From Octopus vulgaris (lineage: Eukaryota): DNA of 64,000 bases. The stretch covers positions 5,952,001 to 6,016,000 of the forward strand of contig OX597831.1 in assembly GCA_951406725.2 (NCBI GenBank), written 5' to 3'. Each line of letters starts with the position of its first letter. Position 1 is the stretch's first letter. Under the pieces are notes generated by a model. That model ran no database searches. It had not been told where the DNA came from and saw nothing but the letters and a program-made list of their open reading frames with translations. The position numbers were made by a program, and so were the translations under genes. Positions 36,424-50,344 of the stretch are shown piece by piece.

Positions 36424-39298
36424 GGCGGGCTTCCTCCAGTTTCCGTCTACCAAATCTACTCACAAGGCTTTGGTTGGTCTGATGCTACAGAAGACACTTG
36501 CCCAAGATGCCATGCAGTGGGACTGAACTCAGAACCTGTTGGTTGAGAAGCAAGCTTCCTACCACACACCCACTCCTGTGTTTGATAATTTGTTTGACAA
36601 AAACCCTTCTAGGTTGTGTACATATATATGTATGTATGATAGTGTCTTGTTAAGACAGAAATTCTGATGTAGACATTAAAGTGTGGTTGAAGGAAATTTG
36701 CTTGCTGTTTACATTTCGTCCAGTGATCGTGGGGAGTGGGGTGGGGTCACTTAATTTGTTCTTCACAGATTTTAGTTGTTGCAAAACATCAGTATTTGTT
36801 ATTTTGAACTATTTCATAATGTATTGATATTTCCTGATATGTTTGTTCGTTTCTGTTGTACGCCGAGGTCAACTTTCACTTTCATCCTTCCGGGGGTCGA
36901 TGAAATAAGTACCAGATGAACACTGGGGTCAATGTTATCGATTTATACCCCCCGTTCCAAAATTTCAACCTTTTTATCCCTTCCTTTGAAGTAAGTGTGA
37001 CACACACCACAGGTACATATGGGATAAAACAAGTTTACATATTAATATTGAGGATAATAATAATAATGATGATGATGTTTTCATATTTTGGGCCCAAGGC
37101 CAGCAATTTCATGGGAGTGGGAGTGGGTGAGTTAATTATATTAACCCAATGTGTCACTGGTACTTACTTTATTTCAAGGCGGCAAGCTGGCAGAAACGTT
37201 AGCACGCCGGGCAAAATGCTTAGCGGTATTTCGTCTGTGTCACGTTGTGAGTTCAAATTCCGCCGAGGTCGACTTTGCCTTTCATCCTTTCGGGGTCGAT
37301 AAATTAAGTACCAGTTACGCACTGGGGTCGATGTAATCGACTTAATACCTATGTCTGTCCTTGTTTGTCTCCTCTGTGTTTAGCCCCTTGTGGGTAATAA
37401 AGAAATTGGTACTTACTTTATCAACCCTGAAAGGATGAAAAGTAAAGTCGACCTTGATGGAATTTGAACTCAGACCATAAAGATAGGCAAAATGCTTAGC
37501 ATCATTTTGACTGACATGCTAATGATTCTGCCAGCTCACCACTAATAATAATAATAATAATAATAATGAGTGACAGTTGCTGAGTAATTAAAAAATTAAT
37601 AGAATTTGTCGATGTGGCTTTTCACTAAAATACAAGGTCTGATCAATAAGTATCCAGATTGTTGCCATAGTAACAAAGCTAAAGCACGCAGAGTGAAGCC
37701 GTTTGACACAGATTGACCTTGGATTTGGCTGTGCATGCCCACTAAATTTTAACATTCTAGCTTACTTCCACTGTTTACAGCAGTGCTTGGAAGGAACAAG
37801 TGTAGTGTGTGATTATTGCATTGACCATAACAGAAAGTTGTCATGACGATACCTGCTCAGAGGCCTCTGCAAAGTTGTAGGAAGTGTATGAAGAGAAGGG
37901 TATGGGCCACTTGGTCAGAATTATCTTTTACATGGCTCGCAGGATGGCCTGTTGTGCTTGAGGAGACCTATTGTGTCAAGTACATCAACATCAAAATAAA
38001 AATCAAATGGTTATTGTAGTTGTAATACCCGTGCCGGTGGCATGTTGGGACTCACAGAGGAAATGACGAAGACCGAGACCTCTGAGATATGCTGTGACTG
38101 TGAAGACCCAACAAATGAAGTGAGTTCATGGCTTGCAGGACAACCTGCTGTGCTAATCTTGGATCGTAGAGTGACCTGCTGTTCTTGAGGGGACCTACTG
38201 AGTCAAGTACATCAACATCAAAATAAAAATCAAATGGAAATTTTAGTTAAACTACCCGTGCCGGTGGCACGTAAAAAGCACCATCCGAACGTGGCTGATG
38301 CCAGCGCCATGTGACTGGCATTCGTGTCGGTGACACGTAAAAAGCACCAACCAATCGTGGCCGTTTGCCAGCCTCCTCTGGCTCCTGTAGCGGTGGCACG
38401 TAAAACGCACCCACTACACTCACTGAGTGATGATGCAACAAGGAAGGGCATCCAGCTGTAGAAACACTGACAGATCAGACTGGAGCCTGGCGCAGCCTCC
38501 TGGCTTCCCAGACCCCGGTCGAACCATCCAACCCATGCTGGCATGGAAAACGGACGTTAAACGATGATGATGATGATGATGATATGTCTCTTAATCTATC
38601 GGTCTCCATTCATTTATATCTTTCTGGGTTGATTTTGTTGTTGTGTATGTCCACTTGTCTGATTTAAATATTCCTACTCATACTTTGTCAAGGTCAATCT
38701 GTACCTGGCGGCTTCACTGTATGTGCTTTACCTTCATTACCATGGCAACAGTCCGGATACTTATTGGTCAGACCACGTATCTGGTCTATTGGCTTGAATA
38801 GCTTAATCAGCTTGAACACTAAAGTTCCTAAGAAAAATGATGTCTTTATTTTCTACTACTTTGGCAGGCTTTTGTTCCCATCAGAACTCATTTGGGAGTC
38901 CAGACTTACAGCATGTGACCCAGTGCAAACACTAATTAGGCCTATCATGGCAATTGGTTCACTCAGTTGAGGCTAACACAGAACAGCCAGAGATGAGGTC
39001 AGTTAATCGTTTCTCTGATGGTACCACAAAAGTGGCAGGTAGGATCAGCAAATATTTTTCAGAATGTTACTTTGCTAATTTCTAATTCCCCCCTTCCGTA
39101 AACCACCTGTTCTTGTCCCTTTATCATACTTTCACCTTTCTTAATACTATACTCCAATTATTTACATTTGACAGATATTTGTCCTCATCTTGTTTGTTGT
39201 TAACACAATGTTTCAGCTGATATACCTCCAGCTTTCATCTGGTGTTTTGGGGAAATTTCAAACCTAGGTTCTTGTTCCTAAGGTATTTTTCGATGTTG

Positions 39299-39347
<49 letters not shown>

Positions 39348-41803
39348 CATTATTAAGACAAAGAGCGCGATTCGATTGTAAGATATTTTATTAGTTGAAT
39401 GATATTTCAACAGTACGTCTGTCTTTGTCAAGTTCAAAATAAGAAGTGATAAGAATTCAAAATTACAGAAATTTAAATGTAAAGTATGAATGAGAGCAAC
39501 CAGCGTCCACACATCATCATTATTATTCAGGTCACTGCCTGGAATCAAACTCGGAATCTTGGGGTTAGTAGCCCACGCTCTTAACCCAAATGTAAATAAT
39601 GTAAATAATAACAACATTGAAAAATACCTTAGGAATGAGAACCCAGGTTCGAAATTTCCCCTAGACACCTGATGAAGACTGGAGCGTATATCAGCTGAAA
39701 AATTGTGTTAACAACAAACATGATGAGGACAAATATCCGTCAAATGTAAATAATTCTTCATCTCTTAAATATAGAACTGTACTATACTCCAACTCACTTG
39801 AGAAGCTCTTGTCTTGCAAGTTACTTGGGGACTTCCCTAGTACTGGTACCATTAAAAAAAGCACACAGTACACGCTGAAAAAGTGGTAGATGTTAGGAAG
39901 AATATCAAACTGTAGAAACCACAACAAAGCAAGACATCGAAAGTTGGCACAGTCCTCTGGCTCTTTGTTTCTTGTTGATCCATCCCACTAAAACTGGAAT
40001 GGAAAAAGAGATGTTAACTTATGATGATACATGCACACACATTCTTTTATTTGTTTCAGTCATTTGACTGCAGCCATCCTGGAGCAACGCCTTTAGTCAA
40101 ACAAATTGACCCCCAGGACTTATTCCTTATAAGCCTAGTACTTATTCTATCAGTCTCTTTCGCCAAACTGCTAAGTTACAGGGACATAAACACACCATCA
40201 TCAGTTGTTAAGCAATGGTAGCAGGGGGACAAACACAGACATACAAACACACACACACACATATATATATGACGGGCTTCTTTCAGTTTCCATCTGCCAA
40301 ATCCACTCACAAGGGTTTGGTCAGCCCGAGACTATAGCAGAAGACACTTGCCCAACATGCCATGCAGTGGGACTGAACCCAGAACAATGTGTCTGGTCAG
40401 CAAGCTACTTACCACACAGCCACTCCTATGCCTATACATAATATACACATGCATTGTGTATGTATGTGCGTGTGTGTGTGTGTTGATAAATGACAAAAGA
40501 ACAGGTGTTACATAATCACTCTCATTAGCTTACAGCTGTTTCTGCCGTAATAAATATTGCACGCAGAGCTGCATGCTTATAGCTTTCTTGAAGCCATTTA
40601 TAGTGCAAAGCAATTAGATGCACAGAATTGGTTACATACAGAACAATATATTTAATAATATAATGCAGTTTGAGAGTGAAAAGCCTGTCCAGAGATATAC
40701 AAATACACATATATATATATATATATTTATATAATTGAGGCTCAGTTGAATTAGGTACTTAAGGTGAAGCACCAAGTCAGTCCGGTATTATCTGCACAGC
40801 CCGAAGTAAGGTGAATAAAATTGAAATAAGCAACAGGATATCAAGCAGTGATATTCTGTTGCTTCTTTTCATTTTATATAGATATGTATTCTTTTATTTG
40901 TTTCAGTCATTTGACTGCAGCCATGCTGGAGCACCACTTTTAGTCAAACAAATCAATCCCAGGACTTATTCTTTGCAAGCCTAGTACTTATTCTGTCGGT
41001 CTCTTTTGCTGAACTGCTAAGTGATGAGAATGTAAACATACCAACATTGGTTGTCAAGTGATGGTGGTGGGTACAAGCACAGACACAAATAACAAACACA
41101 CACATACATAAATATAAATGACAGGCTTCTTTCAGTTTCCGTCTACCAAATCCACTCACAAGGCTTTGGTCGGCCCGAGGCTATAGTAGAAGACACTTGC
41201 CCAAAGTGCCACACAGTGGGACTGAACCCGGAACCATGTGGTTGGTTAGCAACCTACTTACTACACAGCCACTCCTGTGCCCTTAGTTTGACATGTCTTG
41301 TCAAATACAGCAAATTGCCATATCGATTTTTTGTGTTGTTATATATATATATATATATATATATAACAACATATATATATATGCTCGAATATAACAACAC
41401 AAAAAAAAACGACCCTTCATCAGTTGTTGAATGTTTTTCTATTCTCGTATGCTAGTCCTTCATAAAAGAAAGATAGAAAAGAAAATATAAGGGAAAGGAA
41501 TGAGAAAAGGTGTTTGGGGACATAATATACGTACATGTGTATATATATGTATTGAAAGATAGAGGGAAAAACTCACATGCACAAACGCACACACGCACAC
41601 GAATATACATAAATACATGCAAATAGATAGACATGTACTTATACAGATATACATCTATGATTTTTTACAAAGAATCTATATTAAAATACAAAAAATAAAC
41701 AACTGTTTTTTCTTCATTTATTGGTTGATTTTGTTCTTTCAGGGACAAACTAAATTCTTAACTTGTTCTATCTTGGGGCCACACCACTAAACATTCCAAC
41801 ACA

Positions 41804-41952
41804 ATGTCAAAGAGGTCTAATAGAAAGCGGATACTTCCACAGTGGATGCTGTCTACAAGAGATTCTGAAACTACAAGAGATTCTGCTGATGATCAGCTTG
41901 ATGCCGATTGTGATGTTGAGTCAGAAGATAATGACCAAGAAGGGAATTCTAA
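41804..41952 (+). CDS. CYREN: CYREN-like coding exon 1 (Ku-binding motif, acidic tract)
   Basis: Acceptor TTCTTTCAG ending 41742, ACAATGT start, donor AA|GTATTG. Confidence 0.8.
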
Positions 41953-44900
41953 GTATTGGTTTATCTTTTATTAAATGTTTTTGGTTATCTCTAACCCTGT
42001 GCCTGTCCAAAGAATTTACATAAGTTTGTCTCAAATGTCCATACTTTTTTTCAAGCTTTAGTTTAACCATTGTTTCATACATTCTGAGTAATATAAAGCT
42101 ATCCTTTCTTATGTCCTAAATGATGAATAATTCTCCAAAGGTGGGAGATCTCTAAGGGTTATTTGCAGAAAGTGGAGCCGCAATTGCCCAGTGGTTAGGG
42201 CAGTGGACTCGCAGTCATAGGATCACGGTTTCGATTCCCAGACCAGGTGTTGTGAGTGTTTATTGAGCGGAAACACCTAAAGCTCCACGAGGCTGCAACA
42301 GAGGGTAGTGGTGAACCCTGCTGTACTCTTTCACGACAACTTTCTTCTTGTTTCTGCTGTACCTGTATTTCAAAGGGCCAGCCTTGTCACACTGAATCTC
42401 CTCAAGAACTATGTTAAGGGTACACACATCTGTGGAGTGCTCAGCCACTTGCACTGAGCAGGCTGTTCTGTTGATCGGTTTAACTGGAACCCTTATCACT
42501 GTAACCGACAGAGTGCCACGATTTGCAGAAAACCCACAAAACCATGATCACCTTGACCACTAGGACACATGTTGGTGGCTGAACAAAACCGGGAATGTGT
42601 ATCATAATATATGACCTATAGACACTAGGAAAATATGTTCTGTATATCACATGTAATACTAAGAACAGACAAAGAGTTAAGAATTCAAACATAAAGATTC
42701 AAAGTTTTACAAAACAAATTAGCATGTACATTATTTACATTATTTACATTATTTACATTTGACGGATATTTGTCCTCATCTTGTTTGTTGTTAACACAAC
42801 GTTTCAGCTGATATACCCTCCAGCCCCTTCATCAGGTGTCTTTGGGAGATTTCAAACCTGGGTTCTCATTCCTAAGGTATTTTTCAATGTTATAATTATT
42901 ATTATTCATCGTTTAGCGTCCGCTTTCCATGCTAGCATGGGTTGGATGATTTTGGCTGAGGGCTGGCGAACCAGATGGCTGCACCAGGCTCCAATCTTGA
43001 TCTGGCAGAGTTTCTACAGCTGGATGCCCTTCCTAACACCAACCACTCCGAGAGTGTATTATTATTATTATTATTCAGGTCACTGCCTGGAATCGAACAC
43101 AGAATCTTGGGATTAGTAGCCCACGCTCTTAACCACTACACCATATGCCCGTGGGCACTTGATGAAGGCTGGAGGGTATATCAGCCAAAACATTGTTAAC
43201 AACAAAGAAGATGAGGACAAATATCCATCAAATATAAATAATGTAAACAATGTACATAATTCCTCATCTCTTAAATATAGAACTAAATTAGCACGTATTA
43301 GCCCATGGTTGGGAATCAAGCTTCTTAACCTCACTGCTATGCCTGCACCAAATTTTTCCAAATTGCAGTTGCCGTAATTAATTAGTTACATGCTGCCTTA
43401 TTGCATTATTTTTGATATAACGATTGTTCATTATGAAGAAATGTAGTTGGTTTACCATATTTCCACCAGCCTTGACCGAGCCAACACAGTAATGTATATG
43501 ATGAGTGAACAAGAGCTGCTACATGTTGCCATGAAAACACTTCATACGGTAAGACTAAAGTTGTATATGATGCTTGTCCTAATTCAGCATGAATCACCAT
43601 TTCCAACTAATAGGGTTTGGACAATCCCCACATTATCTCACCATTCATTTCACATTGGTCACATGTTTATTCCTTCTCGAGCCATGCCTGGCTCATAAGG
43701 GCCAGTTTCCCGGTTTCCTTGGTGTATAGGTTCCCCACCTGGATGGGACACCGGTCCGTCGCAGGTGAGCTACAAGATGCAGGAGGAAAGAGTGAGGGAA
43801 AGTTGTGGCGAAAGAGTCAGCGTGGAGCTTAGATGTTTCGCTCATAAACACACATTTCGCCCAGTCTGAGATTCAAACCCACGATCCCTCAAGTGCTAGT
43901 CCGCTGCTCTAACCACTAGGCATTGGTCACATTGGTCACATACAGCAACTGAGAAAATCTTCCATTTCTAACCATAAATTCCATAAGCCTTCATATATTT
44001 GACCAGCAGTGCTACATAATAGTGAAACATGTGTAGAGAGATGTGTGAAGAAGTGCCACTCCCAAACAGTTGAAAGAATCCGGGGTAGGGGTAGCCTCAG
44101 GAAGACATGAGATGAAGTGGTCAAGCATGGCCTTCGAACGTTGGGCTTCACAGATGATTTGTCTGTAAAATTAAGCACTTTATGGATATGAAACCATTGG
44201 TCACTCTCTGACTGGACATAGACTTAACGGCATGTCAGTATATTACTGCTCTAGCCTTTGGAGGGTGTTTCTTTTCTGGATATATAATACACTGATGATA
44301 TGTATTTTTGTTGGTCTTTTTATATGTGTGTGTGTGTGTATGTGTAAAAGCATCCATTACACATTACACTTTCAGAGTGGTTGGCATTAGGAAGGGCATC
44401 CAGCTGCTGAAAATCATGCCAAATCACACTGGAGTCTGGTGCAGTATGCCAGTATAGATAACAAATATTAAATGATGATGATGATGATGAGGGTGTGTGT
44501 GTGTATACACATGAATTTTAATTGCATATATTATCCTTAGTTCTTTCCTATTTTTGATTTGATTTTAGGAAAAGGAAGATCTTTGTTCTGATGAAAAACC
44601 CACCACAAAACCTACCAAAATATGTTTCAAAAACAAAACTCTTGTTGACTTTCAAACATCCAGTCATCGGAACCGAGTAAATTCTGTTGCTATTAACGAT
44701 AACAGCATCGATGATAATGACAACAACAGAAGGGTTGACACGAGGCAACAAATCAACAAAAGTCGTCACACGAAAATCAAATCTCATAAGAAAATTAAGG
44801 ATTCTGTTAAAAACAAAAAATTAAAAACCAAGACACCAAAGACTTCAAGAAAAGATATTGAACCTGTTCCTCCAGATACATTGTCTGGTCACAGCCATCA

Positions 44901-45123
44901 AAAAACCACAAGAGTTTCAGGTACCATATTGACTAACCGAGATGTTGAGACAGATCAGATAGCAACAGACAAAGACATTCATATTAATAACAAACAGCGG
45001 ACAGATGAAAATATTCAAAAGGATAAAAATGGACCCACTTTACCCTTTACTATATTCAGCTCCAGAGAAACAATCTCTCGTCAAAAACCCGATTTATCAA
45101 TTTTAGATGAAATATTTTTGTAA
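41804..45123 (+). CDS. CYREN: CYREN/MRI-like NHEJ adaptor, 260 aa, join(41804..41952,43470..43548,44569..45123)
   Basis: Phases 2 and 0 match across GT-AG introns. N-terminal MSKRSNRKRILPQWML (APLF-type Ku-binding motif RxxPxW), middle TVMYMMSEQELLHVAMKTL, C-terminal DLSILDEIFL*. Same three-motif order as vertebrate CYREN (recalled, not searched). Confidence 0.8.
43470..43548 (+). CDS. CYREN: CYREN-like coding exon 2 (MRI central motif)
   Basis: TTTCCACCAG acceptor, ACG|GTAAGA donor; 79 nt restores the frame. Confidence 0.82.
44569..45123 (+). CDS. CYREN: CYREN-like coding exon 3 (disordered, C-terminal LDEIFL)
   Basis: TTTTAG acceptor, 555-nt open frame, TAA overlapping AATAAA. Confidence 0.8.
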   Translation, partial: EKEDLCSDEKPTTKPTKICFKNKTLVDFQTSSHRNRVNSVAINDNSIDDNDNNRRVDTRQQINKSRHTKIKSHKKIKDSVKNKKLKTKTPKTSRKDIEPVPPDTLSGHSHQKTTRVSGTILTNRDVETDQIATDKDIHINNKQRTDENIQKDKNGPTLPFTIFSSRETISRQKPDLSILDEIFL

Positions 45124-45993
45124 TAAATTTGAAAATCTGATTAAATTTGATTCTTTTCTTCTTTCCTTTTAATTGATTTTACATCCAGTTTTCCTTTTCC
45201 CTCATTTTTTCTGGGAGTTGAATAATGAGTCCAAAAATTTAGACACCATTTTGTTCTAATGAACTTTCTTGGTGAACATGATCGCTTAAAAATAATTAAG
45301 TTTCTTTCTTTAGAACTAGAAAATGCATTTTTGCTCTGAACAATTATGGAATTAAAAACTAAGATAATGAAGACCCTGGTAAATATTAATCAAGAAAGAT
45401 ACTTCTTAGAGTGAATAGCTCAGATATCAGGGGTACTACTTAGCATAGAGGTGTCACAACTCTGATACTACAGACGTGATTAGAATGACAAAGGAAAGAA
45501 TCATAAGACAAATTCTTTGAGCAAAGCCAACTGCTAAGAGACCTAGGGGTAGACCAAGAACAAGATGGTTGTATAATATCCATAATCTCGGTTAGTCATG
45601 GTTGGGAATCCAGCTGAAAAGTGTAATGGCAGTTGCTACAGATAGGACCCTATGAAGTGCCTGAGGACTCCACCCGCAACAACCATTCCATGAATAGTGG
45701 CAGTGAGAATGGATGGAGAGATATTGAGCTGCTTTCTAATATGTAGCACACATATAAACATTCTAGACCAAGGGTTACTCTTTTACTTCTTTCAGTCATT
45801 TAACTGTGGCCATGCTGGAGCACCGCCTTTAGTCAAGCAAATCAACCCCAGGACTTATTCGTTGTAAGCCTAGTACTTATTCTATCGAAGTCTTTTGCCA
45901 AACCGCTAAGTTACAGGGTACGTAAACACACCACCATCAGTTGTCAAGTGATGTGGGGACAAACACAGACACACAAACATATATATATGTATG

Positions 45994-46055
<62 letters not shown>

Positions 46056-46601
46056 CACACATATATATACGACTGTTCAACCAGGTTTTTGAATGAGAGT
46101 AATTTTTCCCTAGTTTCAAGTCTATGAGGGTTTTATCCTGTGCTTTTTAGTCAGGATTAATGTGACTGTGTCTCTCAATAAGAAACTTCAATAATAAATA
46201 AGAACTGCCAGAATGTATTCACCTGTATAATACACAACAAGAACAATTAGGCTACGATTTCTCAATGATGACTTTTTTTTATCCAATTTGTATTCATCTC
46301 GGGACAACACCTATAGACTTTTTATTTTTCTCACATTGAATGATACCCTACATATGTCCCATTTGTATAATTTTTTCATCTGATGTCAAGAGTAAATAAT
46401 CCAAATAATAAAAAGACAAAGAAAATTCTTCAACACAACTTTAATGATTCGTTACAATTGTTTCTGTAGCAACTCTATTCGCAACACCAGTTTACACAAA
46501 TATTCAAAGTGAAAATTTACATAAAGTTTGTGGTTTTAGACATTAGAGAAGCATTTCATCAGACTTGCAACACACACACACATATATATATACACACACA
46601 C

Positions 46602-46641
<40 letters not shown>

Positions 46642-47103
46642 TCACACACAAAATAGATTTCTGTTTAGTTTCTTATTTCTTTACTGCCCACAAAGGGCCA
46701 AACAAGGACAGACAAAGGAATTTAGTCGATTACATCGACCCCAGTGTTTAACTGGTACTTATTTAATCGACCCCGAAAGGATGAAAGGCAAAGTCGACCT
46801 CAGTGGAATTTGAACTCAGAACGTAGCGGCAGATGAAAAACTGCTAAGCATTTCGCCTGGTGTGCTAACGACTCTGCCAGCTCGTTTAGTTTCTATTACC
46901 CAAATTCCCTCAACATATCGTTTGGCCTGCAGCTACCACAGAAGACACTTGTCCAAGGTGCAGTGCAACAGGATTGAACCTGAAATCACGACTGTAAGGC
47001 AAGCTTCTTAACCACACAGCCATCACTAATAAACTTCTTGTAATAATTAGTTTGTTTGTTGTACAACAAATTTCAATTTGCCAGAGAAGGGTTTCTCCAC
47101 CCT

Positions 47104-48351
47104 TCAGTTTAAGGGTTTCCCTCCAGCATGTATCCGTTCGTGTCTTTTTAAAAGGGTGCTTGTGATAAACGATTTCTCACAGATGTCACAGTGATACGGT
47201 TTCTCTCCGGTGTGAACCAGTTTGTGTCGGTTTAAGTCGCTGTTATTGACAAATGATTTCCCACAGACTTCGCAAGGGCAGGGTTTTTCCCCGGTGTGTC
47301 TACGTTTGTGACTTATAAGATCAGAATTCCGATTGAACGATTTGCCACACATCTCACAAAGATAGGACTTTTCTCCCGTGTGAATCTGCTTGTGGACGAC
47401 CAGAGTCGAATTTTTACAGAACGAATTGCCACACACATCACAGCAATACGGCTTTTCTCCCGTATGTATTTGCGTGTGACGTTTTAAATCATGGTTTTTA
47501 AGGAAAGCTTTCCCACAGATTTCACAAGGATACGGCTTCACCCCCGTGTGTATTTTTTTGTGTGTATTCAAGTGGCCGTTGGTGAGGAAGGCCTTGCCAC
47601 ACACTTCACAACAATAAGGTTTCTCACCAGAATGCATGAGTACGTGTATCGCAAGTTGTGAATTCACATAGAACGACTTCCCACACAAATCACAGTGATA
47701 AGGTTTTTCTCCAGTGTGAACCCGCTCATGGCTTTTCAAATCACTACTATTCACAAAAGTCTTCCCGCACAGCTCACAGTGATAGGGCTGTTCTCCCGTG
47801 TGTCTACGTATGTGGATGGTAAGCTTGGAATTTTCAATGAAAGACTTTCCACATATTTCGCAATGGAACGGGTTTTCCCCTGTATGGATTCGTTTATGTC
47901 TCGTTAAATTACTGCTATCAACAAAACATTTCCCACAAACTCCACAAAGATATGGTTTCTCCCCCGTGTGACTACGTATGTGGATAACAAGAGCCGAATT
48001 ATTAATAAAAGATTTTCCACAAATTTCACAGTGAAATTGTTTTTCTCCCGTATGGATTCTCTTGTGATTCGTTAAAACACTGTTATACACAAAAGACTTT
48101 CCACATATATCACAGTGGTACGGTTTCTTCTTATTGTGTATTTCTTGGTGTGTGAAAAGTTCATGTTCTGAAGAGAATGTTTTCTTGCAGTTCACACACT
48201 TATATTCCGGAATTTTTCTTTCCACTGAACTTTGATTTGTAAACGTTTTAGTAAGTAAAACTTTCTCTCCGATGCATGTCTGTGTAACTGAACCTACACT
48301 GTTGAAAACGGGTGTCTTGTTACAAGACTCCAAGTAATTCACATCCTCCAT
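47104..48351 (-). CDS. C2H2 zinc-finger protein, 13 tandem fingers, single coding exon
   Basis: 415-aa ORF with 13 CxxC-x12-HxxxH units and TGEKP-type linkers; no recognisable effector domain. Confidence 0.95.
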   Translation of the reverse strand: MEDVNYLESCNKTPVFNSVGSVTQTCIGEKVLLTKTFTNQSSVERKIPEYKCVNCKKTFSSEHELFTHQEIHNKKKPYHCDICGKSFVYNSVLTNHKRIHTGEKQFHCEICGKSFINNSALVIHIRSHTGEKPYLCGVCGKCFVDSSNLTRHKRIHTGENPFHCEICGKSFIENSKLTIHIRRHTGEQPYHCELCGKTFVNSSDLKSHERVHTGEKPYHCDLCGKSFYVNSQLAIHVLMHSGEKPYCCEVCGKAFLTNGHLNTHKKIHTGVKPYPCEICGKAFLKNHDLKRHTQIHTGEKPYCCDVCGNSFCKNSTLVVHKQIHTGEKSYLCEMCGKSFNRNSDLISHKRRHTGEKPCPCEVCGKSFVNNSDLNRHKLVHTGEKPYHCDICEKSFITSTLLKRHERIHAGGKPLN

Positions 48352-50114
48352 ATTAATTCTAAGGGAATTCTTAAAAACTGAGAAATGTCAACGAGCGTAA
48401 TCTGGATCAGCTTCCTCGTCTTGGCTTCATAGAGTTGCGTCTACATGTGTAGAAAATATGCAATGTAGAGATATTTTCAACTTACCACTAGAACGCTTGT
48501 GGATGATTTGGTCCTTTCCAAAATATTGTGATTTGTAAACCAAAATATTGCGATTTCTTGGCTTAAAATTGTGGATATTGTTAACTGGTGCTTTGTGGAG
48601 TAAAATAAAATATTTTGTCTATAGTGTGAGCAATCACTCTGGTGAAATGTGTGGGGGGTTTTTTCTTTCTTTTTTTATTGACAGTTTAAAACCGATGACT
48701 AAGAAATACAGACCAGTTTACACACGACTCCATATATATAGTCTTGTAGTCGTAATAAATGAAGGTTGTTCACAACGTATGGTAGAAAGGTGTACAATGA
48801 GTGGGATGATCACAATTCAACAAAATTCTGGATTTCAACTTGAAGGCTGCTGAGGCAGTTTTTTCCATGTTCAGCAAATTGGGGCGAAACCAATTCACGT
48901 TGTAATGTAATTTGGGGAGAACCTAAATATATGATTGATGGAACATCGACCGAAAAACATGTGATCCACAAAACATTTAAAACTCAACTTAACATGAGAC
49001 GATCATAATAAACGATTCGGTCTTAATTAATTAGTAATTAAATACAGACGCTTTACAGGCGGTGCCAGTTAGAATTTTCCCCACTCGGATGATACCGGTG
49101 GCATATGTTGCATGTCCCTATTAAAATTTAATGTATTGAGAAACACTTCGTTATTTAGATTTTGTTTGTTCCTTCTCGAGCCACACCTGGCTAATTAGGG
49201 ACGGTTTCCCCTGTTTCTTTGGCGTATAGGTTCCCCACCTGGACGGGACGCCGGTCTGTCGCAGGTGAGCTGCAAGATGCAGGAGTGAGAGAAAGTTGTG
49301 GCAAGAGAGTCAGCAGAAGTTCGCCTTAACCTTCTGCCGGAGCCGCGTGGAGCTTAGGTGCTTCGCTCATAAACACACACATCGCCCGGTCGGAGATTCG
49401 AACCCGCGATCCCTCGACCGCGAGTCCGCTACTCTAACCACTAGGCCATGTGCCTCCACAAATAAATAATAAATGCGACCTTTTTAAAGCCTAGTCAGGC
49501 TCATGGGACGGTTTCCAGGTTTCAATGGCGTGTGTGTTCCCCAGATGGACGGGATGCCACTCCATCGCAGCGTTACTCATTTTTGCCAGCCGAGTGGACT
49601 GAAGCAACGTGAAATGAAGTGTTTTGCTTAAGAACACAACGCGTCGCCCGGTCCTGGAATCGAAACCACTCCATCGTTTACTGAACTTATTAAACTCGCA
49701 ATTTATTCGATTCGCGTTAAAAATAAATGATTCCGGTATATATCGGGAATCGCGAACTGCAAAAAAAACAACTGTAAGAATATCGTAGTTTATTTGAAAT
49801 ACGGAAACGAAAACAAACTATTGTTTACAATCTTAAACTACAAAGAGAAACAAAAAATATTTTAAAAGTATGGAGAGCAAAACGACCCTTTTGGTAATTT
49901 AGAGGTATTTAATTAAGAACAACGTTAAAAAAAAAAAAACATAAATTGTAAGATGAATCGGTGTATAAGTCTGCAGTAATTATCTTAAGTAACAATGAAA
50001 CAAGCAATGAATCTTTCGTTTCGCTATTTCAGGAAAACACGAAGTGTTTATACAATCTCAATTTTTAGCTGGTTAGGTCGCGATTCTCTCTATTTACCGA
50101 TATTTCATACTTAA

Positions 50115-50344
50115 GGCGGCGAGCTGGGAGAAACGTTAGCACGCCGGGCGAAATGTGTAGTCGTATTTCGTCTGCCGCTACGTTCTGAGTTCAAATTCCG
50201 CCGAGGTCGACTTTGCCTTTCATCCTTTCGGGGTCGATTAAATAAGTACCAGTTACGCACTGGGTCGATGTAATTGACTTAATCCCTTTGTCTGTCCTTG
50301 TTTGTCCCCTCTATGTTTAGCCCCTTGTGGGCAATAAAGAAATA
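50115..50344 (+). mobile_element. SINE family B copy
   Basis: Full length, TSD CATACTTAA. Confidence 0.85.

Noticed and set aside
49380-49460. tRNA gene (also 5245-5320 and family A/B/D heads)
   Set aside because: A/B boxes run into SINE bodies with tails, in several cases with TSDs; no proper acceptor stem.
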